A stretch of DNA of 63,269 nucleotides, counting the filler, from Candidatus Eiseniibacteriota bacterium (lineage in GTDB: Bacteria; Orphanbacterota; Orphanbacteria; Orphanbacterales; Orphanbacteraceae): the NCBI GenBank assembly GCA_043809585.1. It is 5 parts of 5 records of this genome, joined end to end, with 100 filler letters (N's around TTAATTAATTAA, not from the genome) between each part and the next. Parts side by side here need not be neighbours in the genome. Positions count along the whole stretch, not along the records: positions 1 to 28,740 come from JBDROZ010000086.1; 4 more parts are not named here. One strand, written 5' to 3'. A model generated the notes under the pieces. It was given only the letters and a program-made list of their open reading frames with translations, ran no database searches and was not told where the DNA came from. Positions 1 to 8,942 of the stretch are shown here, piece by piece. Position 1 is the first letter of the stretch; every line of letters starts with the position of its first letter. The translations under genes were made by a program, and so were the position numbers.

Positions 1-507
1 GTTCACGACAAGGGACGGTTCGCCCGCGCCGTTCCAGTAGAACTTCGCCTGAACGCCTTGGACCTCGACCTTCAGGTGAACCCATTCGTCCCGGGGGATC
101 ACGCCGTTCGTCGAGTCGCCTTCGCCGCTGTAGAGCTGCCATCCGGAAATGCCGTGGAAGACCGGCGTGTACTGCAGCGCGTCACCGTAATCGAGCGGGC
201 CCCGGTGGGGACGGACGTAGAAGTTCTCGTAGTCGCTCATCGATTGCACGCGGAAGACGACACCGGGGTACGACCGCTGCCCGTCCTCGGCGATGTCCAC
301 CTCGATCACCCCGTCCTGAAAGTCGACGTCCGGGAGCATCGCCAGTCCGGCCACGGCGCTCCGCCCGAGGTGGTCGACCACCCGCGCCCGCTCCAGATTC
401 CAGCGTTCCGAATCGAAGGGAACGGTCTCCATGGCCATGACCGTGGTCGAGAGGATCACCGTCAAGGCCAGCGCGGCCCCGGCGGCGCGGGGGGATGATG
501 GGCCCAT
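1..507 (-). CDS. Secreted hypothetical protein, probable ConA-like/DUF1080-type beta-sandwich; runs off the window edge
   Basis: Manual translation from ATG 507 (RBS CAGGAG): MGPSSPRAAGAALALTVILSTTVMA..VPFDSERWNL..DFQDGVIEVDI..YPGVVFRV..YENFYVRPH..DALQYTPVFHGISGWQLY..EWVHLKVEV; open to base 1; not in the ORF track. Confidence 0.7.
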   Translation of the reverse strand, partial: MGPSSPRAAGAALALTVILSTTVMAMETVPFDSERWNLERARVVDHLGRSAVAGLAMLPDVDFQDGVIEVDIAEDGQRSYPGVVFRVQSMSDYENFYVRPHRGPLDYGDALQYTPVFHGISGWQLYSGEGDSTNGVIPRDEWVHLKVEVQGVQAKFYWNGAGEPSLVVN

Positions 508-800
508 GGTTCTTCTCCTGCTTCGCCGCCGAACCAGCGGCCGTGGATGATCGAGGTTCCTCGTACCCTGCAGGAGATAAGACGAGCGGGAAGGGCGGGG
601 GGGTCAAGGAAAGGGAGGGGAAGGCCCCCTCCTGTTCAATTCCTGGTTCCCGTCCCCGGACAACCGGTACACCAGGAACTCATTCGGGTGACGGGAACTC
701 CGGCCGGTCGACCTTCCGGCCCCGTCCTGAACTCATGTCAAGAACCCCTGTCCCCCGCTCACTCCAAACTTGCCATGCTCAAATTGACCAAGACCCGAGA

Positions 801-856
801 ACATCCCGCATCCCCCATCCCAAGACTCACATTCCACATCCCAATACTCACATCCT
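801..856. repeat. Degenerate 7-bp tandem repeat, 8 units, consensus ACATCCC
   Basis: ACATCCC GCATCCC CCATCCC AAGACTC ACATTCC ACATCCC AATACTC ACATCCT, just downstream of the M16 peptidase stop. Confidence 0.75.
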
Positions 857-864
857 CAATCTAC

Positions 865-3576
865 CTACATCCCCTCGCCGTTCACGTCCATCACTTCGGC
901 GGCGGGAAGATCCAGGTCCCGGATCTGCTCGAGGATGACGTCCTTGTCTCCCACGAGGACGAGAAGACCGCGGTCGAGGGGGACGGTCTTCGCCGCGAGG
1001 GCGTTCAGATCCCCTTCGGTGATGCGGGCCATGGCGCCCAGGTCGTCGCCGATGGCGGCGAAGGGACGGCCGAGGAACTCGAACTGCATCGCCGTGCCGA
1101 CGAGACCGCCGAGCCCCTGGAACGACTGGACCGTGTCCATGCGGTTCGTCTCCCGGGTCTTCCGCGCCTCTTCCGGCGTGATGTCGCCCCCCCGGATGTT
1201 GTCGAACTCCTTGAAGAACTCGCCGAGGGCCGCGCCGGTCACCTCGGCCTGCACGTCGGAGAAGGCGATCTGGTATCCGGCGGAAGGATTCATCATGTAA
1301 CGGGACCCCGCGCCGTAGGTGTACCCGTTCTTCTCCCTGAGGTTCGCGTTCAACCGGCTCGTGAAGGAGCCGCCGAGAACGGTGTTCACCAGCTCGTAGC
1401 CGACCCGGTCCGGGTCGTTCCCGAGAGGCCCCGGCATGAAGAAGCGGATCACCGTCTGCACCGCGTCTTCCCTGTCGACCACGACGACGCGGAGATGACT
1501 GGTCGCGGGGTCTTTTGCGGGGACCGGCGCGGCGGGCGTGAAGCCGGCCGGGTCGTTCCATCCGCCGAACGCCCTCTCGAGGGCCGCCTTCGCCTCCGCC
1601 CCGGTGAGGTCGCCGGCGATGAAGATCGTCGCGTTCCCCGGCGCGAAGTTCCGAGCCCACGCGTTCTTCAGATCATCGAGGGCGAGGGCTTCCACGGACT
1701 CGGTCGTCCCCTCCCCCGGGGAGCCGTACGGGTGATCGTCGCCGAAGTAGGCGCGCATGCCGACGCGCATGGCCACGGAGCGGGGGCGGTCCTCCATCTG
1801 CCGAAGGCCCTCGAGGTGGAGCGCTTTCACCCGGTCCCACTCCTTGGGGTCGAACCGGGGGCGGAGGAGGGCGTCGGCGGAGAGGCCGAGTGACTCGTCG
1901 AAGTTCCGGCCGAGCGAGGAGAGACGAACCATGGTGTATTCGGGAGTCGTGTTGACCGAAAAGGAGGCGCCGAGCATGTCGAGGGCGTCGGAGAACTCGA
2001 ACGCGCTCCGATCCCCCGCCCCCTCGTCGAGCATGTCGGCGGTCAGGTTGGCGCACCCCGCGCCGGCGCCTTCTCCGTCCATGTGCGCCGCACCGGCCCG
2101 GAGACCGATCGACACCTCCACGAGAGGAAGTTCGGTCCGTTCCCAGTGTCGCACCGGGATGCCGTTGGAAAGAGTGAAGGTCTCGGGCGGCGAGGGAAGG
2201 AAGGCGCCCGCCACCCCCGAGCCCGGGGTCTCGTCCCGGCCGGCGAGAACCGCCCCCTCCTCCTCGGGGAGGACGCGCATGACGAGCCGCGCCTCCGGCC
2301 GGAGCATCATCCCGGCGAAGCGCTTCACGTCCTTGGCCGTGGCGTTCCGGAACCGGTCGAGGTCGGCGCGAAACGAGTTGGGTTCGCCGAAGTAGTACTC
2401 GTACTGGTTCAACCGGTCCGCCTTCCGGTAGAGATTCTGAAGCCCCGAGAGCATGTTCCTCTCCCACGATGCCTTGTACCGTTCGAGCTCCTCCTCCGTC
2501 GGGCCCTCGGCGGCGAACTTCTCGATCACCTCGTCGGTGACCTTCTCGATGCCGTCCAGGGAGACGCCCTGCCGGGCCGTCACGACCACCCGGAAGAGGG
2601 AGCCGAGCTCTCCCGAGAGCTGGTACGCGGAAACGTCGGTCGCGAGTTCGTCCTCGTAGACGAGACGCTTGTAGAGGCGGCTCGACTTGCCGTCGCTCAG
2701 GATCTGCCCCGCGAGGTCCATCTCCGCGTCTCCCGGCCCGTAGAACGCCGGGCTGTGATAGACGAGGTAGAGCCGGCCGAACTGGACGTCGTCGGTGTAG
2801 GTGACGCGCTTCGTCTCGGTGAGGCCGACGGGGACCTTCTTCGCGCGGATCGGATCGGGGCTGCGGGGGATGGTGCCGAAGAGCTTCTCGATGAGCGGCT
2901 TGATCTCCGCCGGATCGAAGTCGCCGGCCACGACGAGGGATGTGTTGTTCGGCACGTAGTAGGCGGCGAAAAAGTCCTTCACGTCCCGTACCGTCGCCGC
3001 CTCGAGGTCCTCGTGGGTGCCGATCACGTCCCAATGATACGGGTGGTCCGGCGGGTACATGAGGCGGTTGATCTCGAACTCCGCCTTGCCGTACGGCTCG
3101 TTCTCGAGTCCCTCGCGCCGCTCGTTCCGCACCACGTCCCGCTGTTTGTCGAGTTTCTCCTGATCCATCATGCGGCCGAGGTCTTCCATCCGGTCCGCGT
3201 CGAGCCAGAGCAGCATCGGCAGCAGTTCCCGGGGCCCGACGGAGAAGTAGTTCGTCCGGTCGTGCCCGGTGGAGGCGTTGTTCCAGCCCCCCCCCGCGTC
3301 CATCAGGTTGTCGAAGTCGCTCCCCGGCACCCGCTCGGTCCCCATGAACATGAGGTGCTCGAAAAGGTGGGCGAAGCCGGATCGCCCCTCCTTCTCGTCC
3401 TTCGCCCCGACCCGGTACCAGAAGTTGATCGTGGCGAGGGGAAGGCTGTGGTCCTCGTGGAGGATCACGGTCATCCCGTTGCTCAGCTCGTACTTCTCGT
3501 ACTCCACGTCCTGCGCCGCCGCGAACGGGGCGAGGAGGAAGAGGAGGGCGAGGGCGGCGATGGTCGTTGCTCTCAT
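865..3576 (-). CDS. M16 family zinc peptidase (pitrilysin/PqqL-like, fused two-half form), secreted
   Basis: HLFEH (HxxEH) motif, GGWNNAST, second half LGGSFTSRLNANLREKNGYTY; signal peptide MRATTIAALALLFLLAPFAAA; RBS AAGGAG. Confidence 0.93.
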   Translation of the reverse strand: MRATTIAALALLFLLAPFAAAQDVEYEKYELSNGMTVILHEDHSLPLATINFWYRVGAKDEKEGRSGFAHLFEHLMFMGTERVPGSDFDNLMDAGGGWNNASTGHDRTNYFSVGPRELLPMLLWLDADRMEDLGRMMDQEKLDKQRDVVRNERREGLENEPYGKAEFEINRLMYPPDHPYHWDVIGTHEDLEAATVRDVKDFFAAYYVPNNTSLVVAGDFDPAEIKPLIEKLFGTIPRSPDPIRAKKVPVGLTETKRVTYTDDVQFGRLYLVYHSPAFYGPGDAEMDLAGQILSDGKSSRLYKRLVYEDELATDVSAYQLSGELGSLFRVVVTARQGVSLDGIEKVTDEVIEKFAAEGPTEEELERYKASWERNMLSGLQNLYRKADRLNQYEYYFGEPNSFRADLDRFRNATAKDVKRFAGMMLRPEARLVMRVLPEEEGAVLAGRDETPGSGVAGAFLPSPPETFTLSNGIPVRHWERTELPLVEVSIGLRAGAAHMDGEGAGAGCANLTADMLDEGAGDRSAFEFSDALDMLGASFSVNTTPEYTMVRLSSLGRNFDESLGLSADALLRPRFDPKEWDRVKALHLEGLRQMEDRPRSVAMRVGMRAYFGDDHPYGSPGEGTTESVEALALDDLKNAWARNFAPGNATIFIAGDLTGAEAKAALERAFGGWNDPAGFTPAAPVPAKDPATSHLRVVVVDREDAVQTVIRFFMPGPLGNDPDRVGYELVNTVLGGSFTSRLNANLREKNGYTYGAGSRYMMNPSAGYQIAFSDVQAEVTGAALGEFFKEFDNIRGGDITPEEARKTRETNRMDTVQSFQGLGGLVGTAMQFEFLGRPFAAIGDDLGAMARITEGDLNALAAKTVPLDRGLLVLVGDKDVILEQIRDLDLPAAEVMDVNGEGM

Positions 3577-3707
3577 TCCTATCTCCTTGCGAAACATGTC
3601 CATAGCCTTCGCATCCGTAATCGGTCCAGGGATTCTAACACGAGAGCGGGCCTCGTAGAACGCGACCATCATGGCGTCGCACTTGATTGCCTCCCGGTCT
3701 ACGATAG

Positions 3708-3882
3708 CCCGCGGGGCTCGGGTGGTTTCGTCGTGAGGGTTCGGTATGCGCGGCGAGGCCCGTTTCGGACGAAGGCGCTCCCGGAAGCGTAGCCGTAGCT
3801 ACGGTGAGGAAGCGCCTGAAAGAGAAACGAGGCCGCAGCCCGCAGTCCGAACCCGCAACGGAAAGCACACGAGTTCCGCGGG
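3708..3882. mobile_element. Miniature inverted-repeat/palindromic element with RPE1-like core
   Basis: Imperfect TIRs CCCGCGGGGCTCGGGTGGTTTC..GGTTCGG and CCGAACC..GAAAGCACACGAGTTCCGCGGG; core CCGGAAG-CGTAGC-CGTA-GCTACG-GTGAGGA at 3781-3810; abuts the stop codon at 3883. Confidence 0.65.
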
Positions 3883-5100
3883 TCAGAAGCGAATGGCTGC
3901 TTGGAGGCCGACCTGGTCGTCGTCCACGTCCGTCTCCCGCTCCCCCTCCACGAAGAAGGTCGCCTCCGCCTTGAAGACCACCCGGGGGGTCGGGTAGATC
4001 GCGAAGGTCACGCCGAGCTCCTTCCGGTCCGTGTCGGCCGGTTCCCGTCCGAGGGCGGCCCCCGTGTCGAGGTAGTCGATCTCGCCGTAGCGGATCGTCG
4101 GCCGGCAGCGGGACGCGATGAGCCGGGAGGCCTGAATGAAGAATCCCGACATCTCGCCGTCCGGCGTGCCCGCCGGGTTTTCGGACCTGCCGTCCGCGTA
4201 CTCCCCGTAGATCTCGACGAAGGGCGTCCGGAGAAGCAGATGGCCGCCGAAGAGGTCGAGGTCGAGCTCGCCTTCGTCGTCCCACGCGCCGTGATACGCC
4301 GATCCCCCCACTTCCAGGAGATCGCGGAACATGACGTTCACCCGCCCGCCGAAGGCCTTGTCTTCGTTGTTGTCCCGGTACTGCCGGCTCCCTCGGAGGT
4401 TCCCGCCGGCGCCGAGGCCGTTCACCGTGTAGAGATCGAAGCCGATCGAAGCGTCGGGTCCTGCGTTGAAATAGCCGTGAAGATCGGCGCCGGCCTCCTT
4501 CCAGGCGCTCACGCCGATGGCGGAAGCCGATTGGGGCCGGGTGATCGTGTAGTTGGCGAGGGGATCGTGGAATTCGTCGAACCGGTTGAAGGGCGTGAGA
4601 ATCGCGCCGATCTTTAGCGCGGCGTTCGGAAGGAACCAGTAGTCGAGGTACGCCTGCTCCACGAAGACATCGTCCCCCCGCCCGCCGTGCTCGAGCTCGA
4701 ACTCGCCGACGTAGGCGATGTTCTCCGCCGCCCGGCCCGAAAGGGAGACCGCCAGGTAGTGAAGGTCGTAGTTCTCCGATTTCTCCTCGGTTTCGAAGTA
4801 CTCGGTGTAGAGATAGCCGCCGACCTTCGGGCCGGATGTGCCGGGCCGCTCCCCCCCGCCCTCTTCGCCGAGCCAGTCGAGCAGCGTCTGCTGCTCCTCC
4901 GGAGTGAGGGCCGCCTTGGCCCTCATCGAGAGCAGGATGCCGGGCCATTCGTCGGCGGCGAAGTCCCCCGGGTCGTAGGCGACGTGACACCGCCCGCACT
5001 TCCTCTCGTACAGAGCACGGTCGGCGGCGGCGGCGCCGGCGGTGAGCGGAATCAAGATGAAGGCGAGCGTGGTGATGCCTCGAAGGTGCCGAATCTGCAT
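3883..5100 (-). CDS. Monoheme cytochrome c fused to an outer-membrane beta-barrel (porin-like)
   Basis: Signal peptide, CGRCH heme motif followed by EWPGILLSM (candidate Met ligand), G/P linker, then amphipathic beta-strands (FELEHG, VEQAYLDY, DNNEDKAFGGR) and C-terminal Phe. Confidence 0.8.
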   Translation of the reverse strand: MQIRHLRGITTLAFILIPLTAGAAAADRALYERKCGRCHVAYDPGDFAADEWPGILLSMRAKAALTPEEQQTLLDWLGEEGGGERPGTSGPKVGGYLYTEYFETEEKSENYDLHYLAVSLSGRAAENIAYVGEFELEHGGRGDDVFVEQAYLDYWFLPNAALKIGAILTPFNRFDEFHDPLANYTITRPQSASAIGVSAWKEAGADLHGYFNAGPDASIGFDLYTVNGLGAGGNLRGSRQYRDNNEDKAFGGRVNVMFRDLLEVGGSAYHGAWDDEGELDLDLFGGHLLLRTPFVEIYGEYADGRSENPAGTPDGEMSGFFIQASRLIASRCRPTIRYGEIDYLDTGAALGREPADTDRKELGVTFAIYPTPRVVFKAEATFFVEGERETDVDDDQVGLQAAIRF

Positions 5101-5670
5101 GGTTCTCCCTTTCTTCTTGCTGACGGCAACCGGGATGGGAGGAGCGCCCGGCCGAACCCCTGTTTCCGCCCCCCGATCGACCGGGGACCGGAACGTGATT
5201 GGCATATAATACAGAAAGGGGCCTACTAAATCAGCACAAGATTCGGTTCTGCCCGAAATTACATAAACACTTACTATGGTGCAAGATACTCCGGGATTTG
5301 GATGTGCGGGGGGAGAGCCCCGGCGCTGCAGCGCCGCCGAGCGGGGCGACGCTCTCCGCGTTCAAGGCGGAGCTGGCGACCCCGACGGCCACGCCGTGCC
5401 CCACGGTCTTCCGGTACGAAATGGGAACAAGAAGACGTACGGCCGCGAGAACGCCCGCTCCGATGACTCGAAGAGCACGATCGCCTCTCTTTGCGCCGCG
5501 GGCAAGGTCCGGAGGGCCCGAAAAGTCGCGAAAAAGCGAGGGGAGGTGCGCCCCATCCCGGACCGGAAAGCCCACCCACACACTCACTGACACAATCACA
5601 AAGCGATACAAGAAGCGCCCGCGCGAGAGGTCGACCACGCCGCTGGTCGCGTGACTGCCCTATTCGCCCC

Positions 5671-6879
5671 CTACCTGACGTCTCGAGGCTTCATTCCACC
5701 CGGGAACCAACCCTCCGTCCGGAGGCAGATCCGGACGAGCATGAGCATCACGGGGACCTCGATCAGGACGCCGACCACCGTGGCGAGGGCGGCGCCGGAG
5801 GAGAGGCCGAAGAGCATCACCGCCGTGGCGATGGCGACCTCGAAGTGGTTCGAGGCGCCGATCATGGCGGAGGGGGCGGCGTCCTCATAGGAGAGCCGGA
5901 GCACACGCGCGAGACCATAGCCGAGGGTGAAGATGAGAACCGTCTGGAGGAAGAGGGGAACGGCGATCCAGAGAATCGTGAGCGGGTTCGCGGTGATGAC
6001 CTCCCCCTTGAAGGAGAAGAGGAGGACAAGGGTGACGAGAAGGGCGCCGATCGTGATCGGCGTCAGGATGGGCAGGAATCTTTCCCGGAACCACTCCTCC
6101 CCTTTCGCGGAGACGATCCACCTCCGGGAAAGATACCCGGCGGCCAGGGGAAGGGCGACGTAGACCCCGATCGAGAGGAGAAGGGCCTGCCACGGCACGG
6201 GAAGCCGGCCGACACCGAGGAGGAAACCGCCGAGAGGGCCGTAAAGGAAGAGCATGGTGAGGGAGTTGATCGCCACCATGACGAGGGTGTGACCGTCGTT
6301 TCCCCGGGCGAGATAGCCCCAGACGAGAACCATGGCGGTGCAGGGGGCGATGCCGAGAAGGATGCATCCGGCGAGGTAGCTCCGCCACAGGGGCACCTCG
6401 AGGACCTTCCTCCCCTCCTCGAGAACCACCACGCCCGCCCCGTACGCCGCGCCGAGGGGAAGGTCGAGACCGAGGGGCATCTTCACGTGGTCCACGGCCC
6501 CCTCCCCGATGAACGTCCGGAAGAGGACGCCGAGGAAGAGCAGGCTGATCCCGTACATGGTGAACGGCTTCACCGCCCAATTGACGAAGAGGGTGAGCCC
6601 GACCGGTTTCGCGCTCCGCCCCGCCTTGATCACGTCGCGGAAATCGATCTTCACCATAATCGGGTACATCATGAAGAAGAGGCAGAGGGCGATCGGTATC
6701 GAGACCACGGGGGCGCCCCCGACGTTCCAGGTCATCCCGTCGAGGGCGCGGGCGACGCCGGGTGCGGCTTTGCCGAGGACGATTCCCGCCCCGATGCAGA
6801 GAAGCACCCAGACGGTCAGGTACCGTTCGAAGAATCCGAGCCCCCGAGGCTCTTTCGTGATGCACCCCTCCTTCGCCAC
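5671..6879 (-). CDS. acr3: Arsenite efflux transporter Acr3
   Basis: [53 protein letters not shown] motifs. Confidence 0.95.
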   Translation of the reverse strand: MAKEGCITKEPRGLGFFERYLTVWVLLCIGAGIVLGKAAPGVARALDGMTWNVGGAPVVSIPIALCLFFMMYPIMVKIDFRDVIKAGRSAKPVGLTLFVNWAVKPFTMYGISLLFLGVLFRTFIGEGAVDHVKMPLGLDLPLGAAYGAGVVVLEEGRKVLEVPLWRSYLAGCILLGIAPCTAMVLVWGYLARGNDGHTLVMVAINSLTMLFLYGPLGGFLLGVGRLPVPWQALLLSIGVYVALPLAAGYLSRRWIVSAKGEEWFRERFLPILTPITIGALLVTLVLLFSFKGEVITANPLTILWIAVPLFLQTVLIFTLGYGLARVLRLSYEDAAPSAMIGASNHFEVAIATAVMLFGLSSGAALATVVGVLIEVPVMLMLVRICLRTEGWFPGGMKPRDVR

Positions 6880-6892
6880 CGATCAGTCCTCC

Positions 6893-7336
6893 TCACCGGC
6901 TTTCGGGGACCGGCAACGTCTCGATGAACGCCCGGATCTCGTCGCGCACCCTCCGGTAGTGCCCGAGCGCCTCCTCACCGGTCGCCGCGCCCTTTGCGAG
7001 GAAGGGCGGATCGTCGAATGCGCGATGAACCGTCCGCACCGCGCCGGGAAAAACCGGGCAGGTCTCCCGGGCGTTGTCGCAAACGGTGACGACCAGGTCG
7101 AACGACTCTCCCCGGAATTCGTCCACATGCTTCGATCGGTGCCCTTCGAGATCGAGTCCCGCCTCGATCAGGACCGCAACCGCCATCGGATCGAGGCCGT
7201 GAGGATCGGTTCCCCCCGAGAACGGTTCGAGTTCGTCCCCCCGGAGGGCCCGGGCCCACGCCTCGGCCATCTGGCTCCGGCACGAGTTTCCCGTGCAGAG
7301 AAAGAGCACTTTCACTCTTCGATGCTTTTCTTCCAT
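6893..7336 (-). CDS. arsC: Arsenate reductase, LMW-PTPase (thioredoxin-coupled) family
   Basis: LFLCTGNSCRSQMAE P-loop, VTVCDNARETCP, FDDP; adjacent to acr3. Confidence 0.93.
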   Translation of the reverse strand: MEEKHRRVKVLFLCTGNSCRSQMAEAWARALRGDELEPFSGGTDPHGLDPMAVAVLIEAGLDLEGHRSKHVDEFRGESFDLVVTVCDNARETCPVFPGAVRTVHRAFDDPPFLAKGAATGEEALGHYRRVRDEIRAFIETLPVPESR

Positions 7337-7369
7337 TTCTCTTCCCCGTCCCGGCCCCCGCCGGACAAC

Positions 7370-8797
7370 CTACATTTCTCCGGACCGGTGGCGGGTCTGG
7401 ACGTCGAGCCACTTCCGTCCGAGAAACAGCGTCACCGGAGAGATCATGGTCGAGGCGCCGACGAGGATCCACATCAATTCGGTGTTCCGCAGCCCCTCGC
7501 CCGGACAGAGATTCGCGAGGAGGATCCCCGTGATCGGGCCGGCGGCGACCTTGGCGAAGAACATGGGCGCCTTCGAGTAGGCCATGTACGACGCCTCCCG
7601 CCCGGGCGGGGCGATCGACGCGGTGTAGTCGTACACCCGGGGGGAGTAGATGGCCTCGCCGAGGGAGAGAACGATCTGGAAGCCCACGATGAGGGCGATG
7701 CTCTCCCCGAACCCCATGAAGAAGACCGACGCGGCGGAGATGAAGGAGCCGAACAGGATCACGTTGTACGCCTTCATGCGGCCCGTGATCGCCGTCATTA
7801 CCGGAACGAGGAAGACGATGATGAACGGATTGATGCTGTAGAGCTTTCCCGTCCACTCCTTCAGCCCGATCCGCTCCATGTAGAGGGGGTAGAGGGAGTG
7901 GTTGTACTGGAAGATCATCTTCACGAGCACGAGGAGAAAGATGAATGTGATGAAGATCCAGAACCGCTTCTCCCGGATCACCTCCATCATGATCGCCCAC
8001 GCCGACTCCCGCGGTTTCTTCCCGTCCGTCGCCGCGGTCGGTCCGTTTTCTCTCTTCGTCTCCGCCTCTGCCCCCGACTCGTCTTCCCCGAACTCCTCCT
8101 TCGGGATGCGGCTCCGGATGAAGAAGATCACGAGGACCAGGGAGACGAGGGTGGCGACCACGCCGACGAGGAAGATGATCTGGCTCGGCCGCACCACGAG
8201 GTTCATGCCGAGGGCGCGAAAGGTCGTCACCTCCGTGAACCTCGCGCGGATCGGGTCGAGGGCCAGTCCCGCGGCGAGGGAGCCCACGTTCATCACCACG
8301 TAGTACCAGGAGAAGGCGAACTTCTGAGCCTTCTTGCTCGAGAAGAGTTTCACGGCCGCCGCGAGGAGCGGGATCATGTAGGCGAACCCGACGGAGAGGA
8401 AGAAGAGGCCCGGGAAAACCACCCACGGGTTCGTCGTGAACGTGATCGCCAATCGCCCGACGAGGGCGATCACGAGGCCGACGAGCAGCGCTTTCTTGAT
8501 GCCGAGCGAGTCGGCGATGAATCCGACGAAAAGCATGAAGAACGACATGGACGCGGAAAAGACCCCGAAGATGGTCCCCGCCTTCGTGTCCGAAAGCCCC
8601 ATGTCCTGGGTGAGGAAGATCATCAGCATGAGCACGGACGAAAAATAGCAGAGGCTCTCGAGCACCTTGACCAGGAAGGCGATCCAGATCTCCCGGGGAC
8701 AGGTGAAGAGGTTCTTCAGCCCGTGCCAATAGTCGAGGGCGATCGTCTTCAGGAGTCCGGCGGTCGGTTCGGCGGCGGCGGCGGCGCGTATCGTCAT
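7370..8797 (-). CDS. MFS transporter, POT/peptide-transporter-like
   Basis: About 12 hydrophobic segments, GFIADSLGIKK motif A, FSWYYVVMNVGS, SLGEAIYSPR. Confidence 0.85.
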   Translation of the reverse strand: MTIRAAAAAEPTAGLLKTIALDYWHGLKNLFTCPREIWIAFLVKVLESLCYFSSVLMLMIFLTQDMGLSDTKAGTIFGVFSASMSFFMLFVGFIADSLGIKKALLVGLVIALVGRLAITFTTNPWVVFPGLFFLSVGFAYMIPLLAAAVKLFSSKKAQKFAFSWYYVVMNVGSLAAGLALDPIRARFTEVTTFRALGMNLVVRPSQIIFLVGVVATLVSLVLVIFFIRSRIPKEEFGEDESGAEAETKRENGPTAATDGKKPRESAWAIMMEVIREKRFWIFITFIFLLVLVKMIFQYNHSLYPLYMERIGLKEWTGKLYSINPFIIVFLVPVMTAITGRMKAYNVILFGSFISAASVFFMGFGESIALIVGFQIVLSLGEAIYSPRVYDYTASIAPPGREASYMAYSKAPMFFAKVAAGPITGILLANLCPGEGLRNTELMWILVGASTMISPVTLFLGRKWLDVQTRHRSGEM

Positions 8798-8942
8798 CGT
8801 CTCCCCCGGTTCGTGGTCGGTTCACGGCCTGACTGGCGGCAGGACCATTGTACCGGGAAGAGAGGGGGCCTCCAAGCGGTTCCCACCCCCCTGGTCGGCG
8901 CGGAGGGGGGGCGTCTTCCGCCCCGGGCGGGAAGAAGCGGAC

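Noticed and set aside
5199-5654. Short ORFs between the cytochrome-porin gene and acr3
   Set aside because: No RBS, motif or coding-like composition; treated as intergenic.
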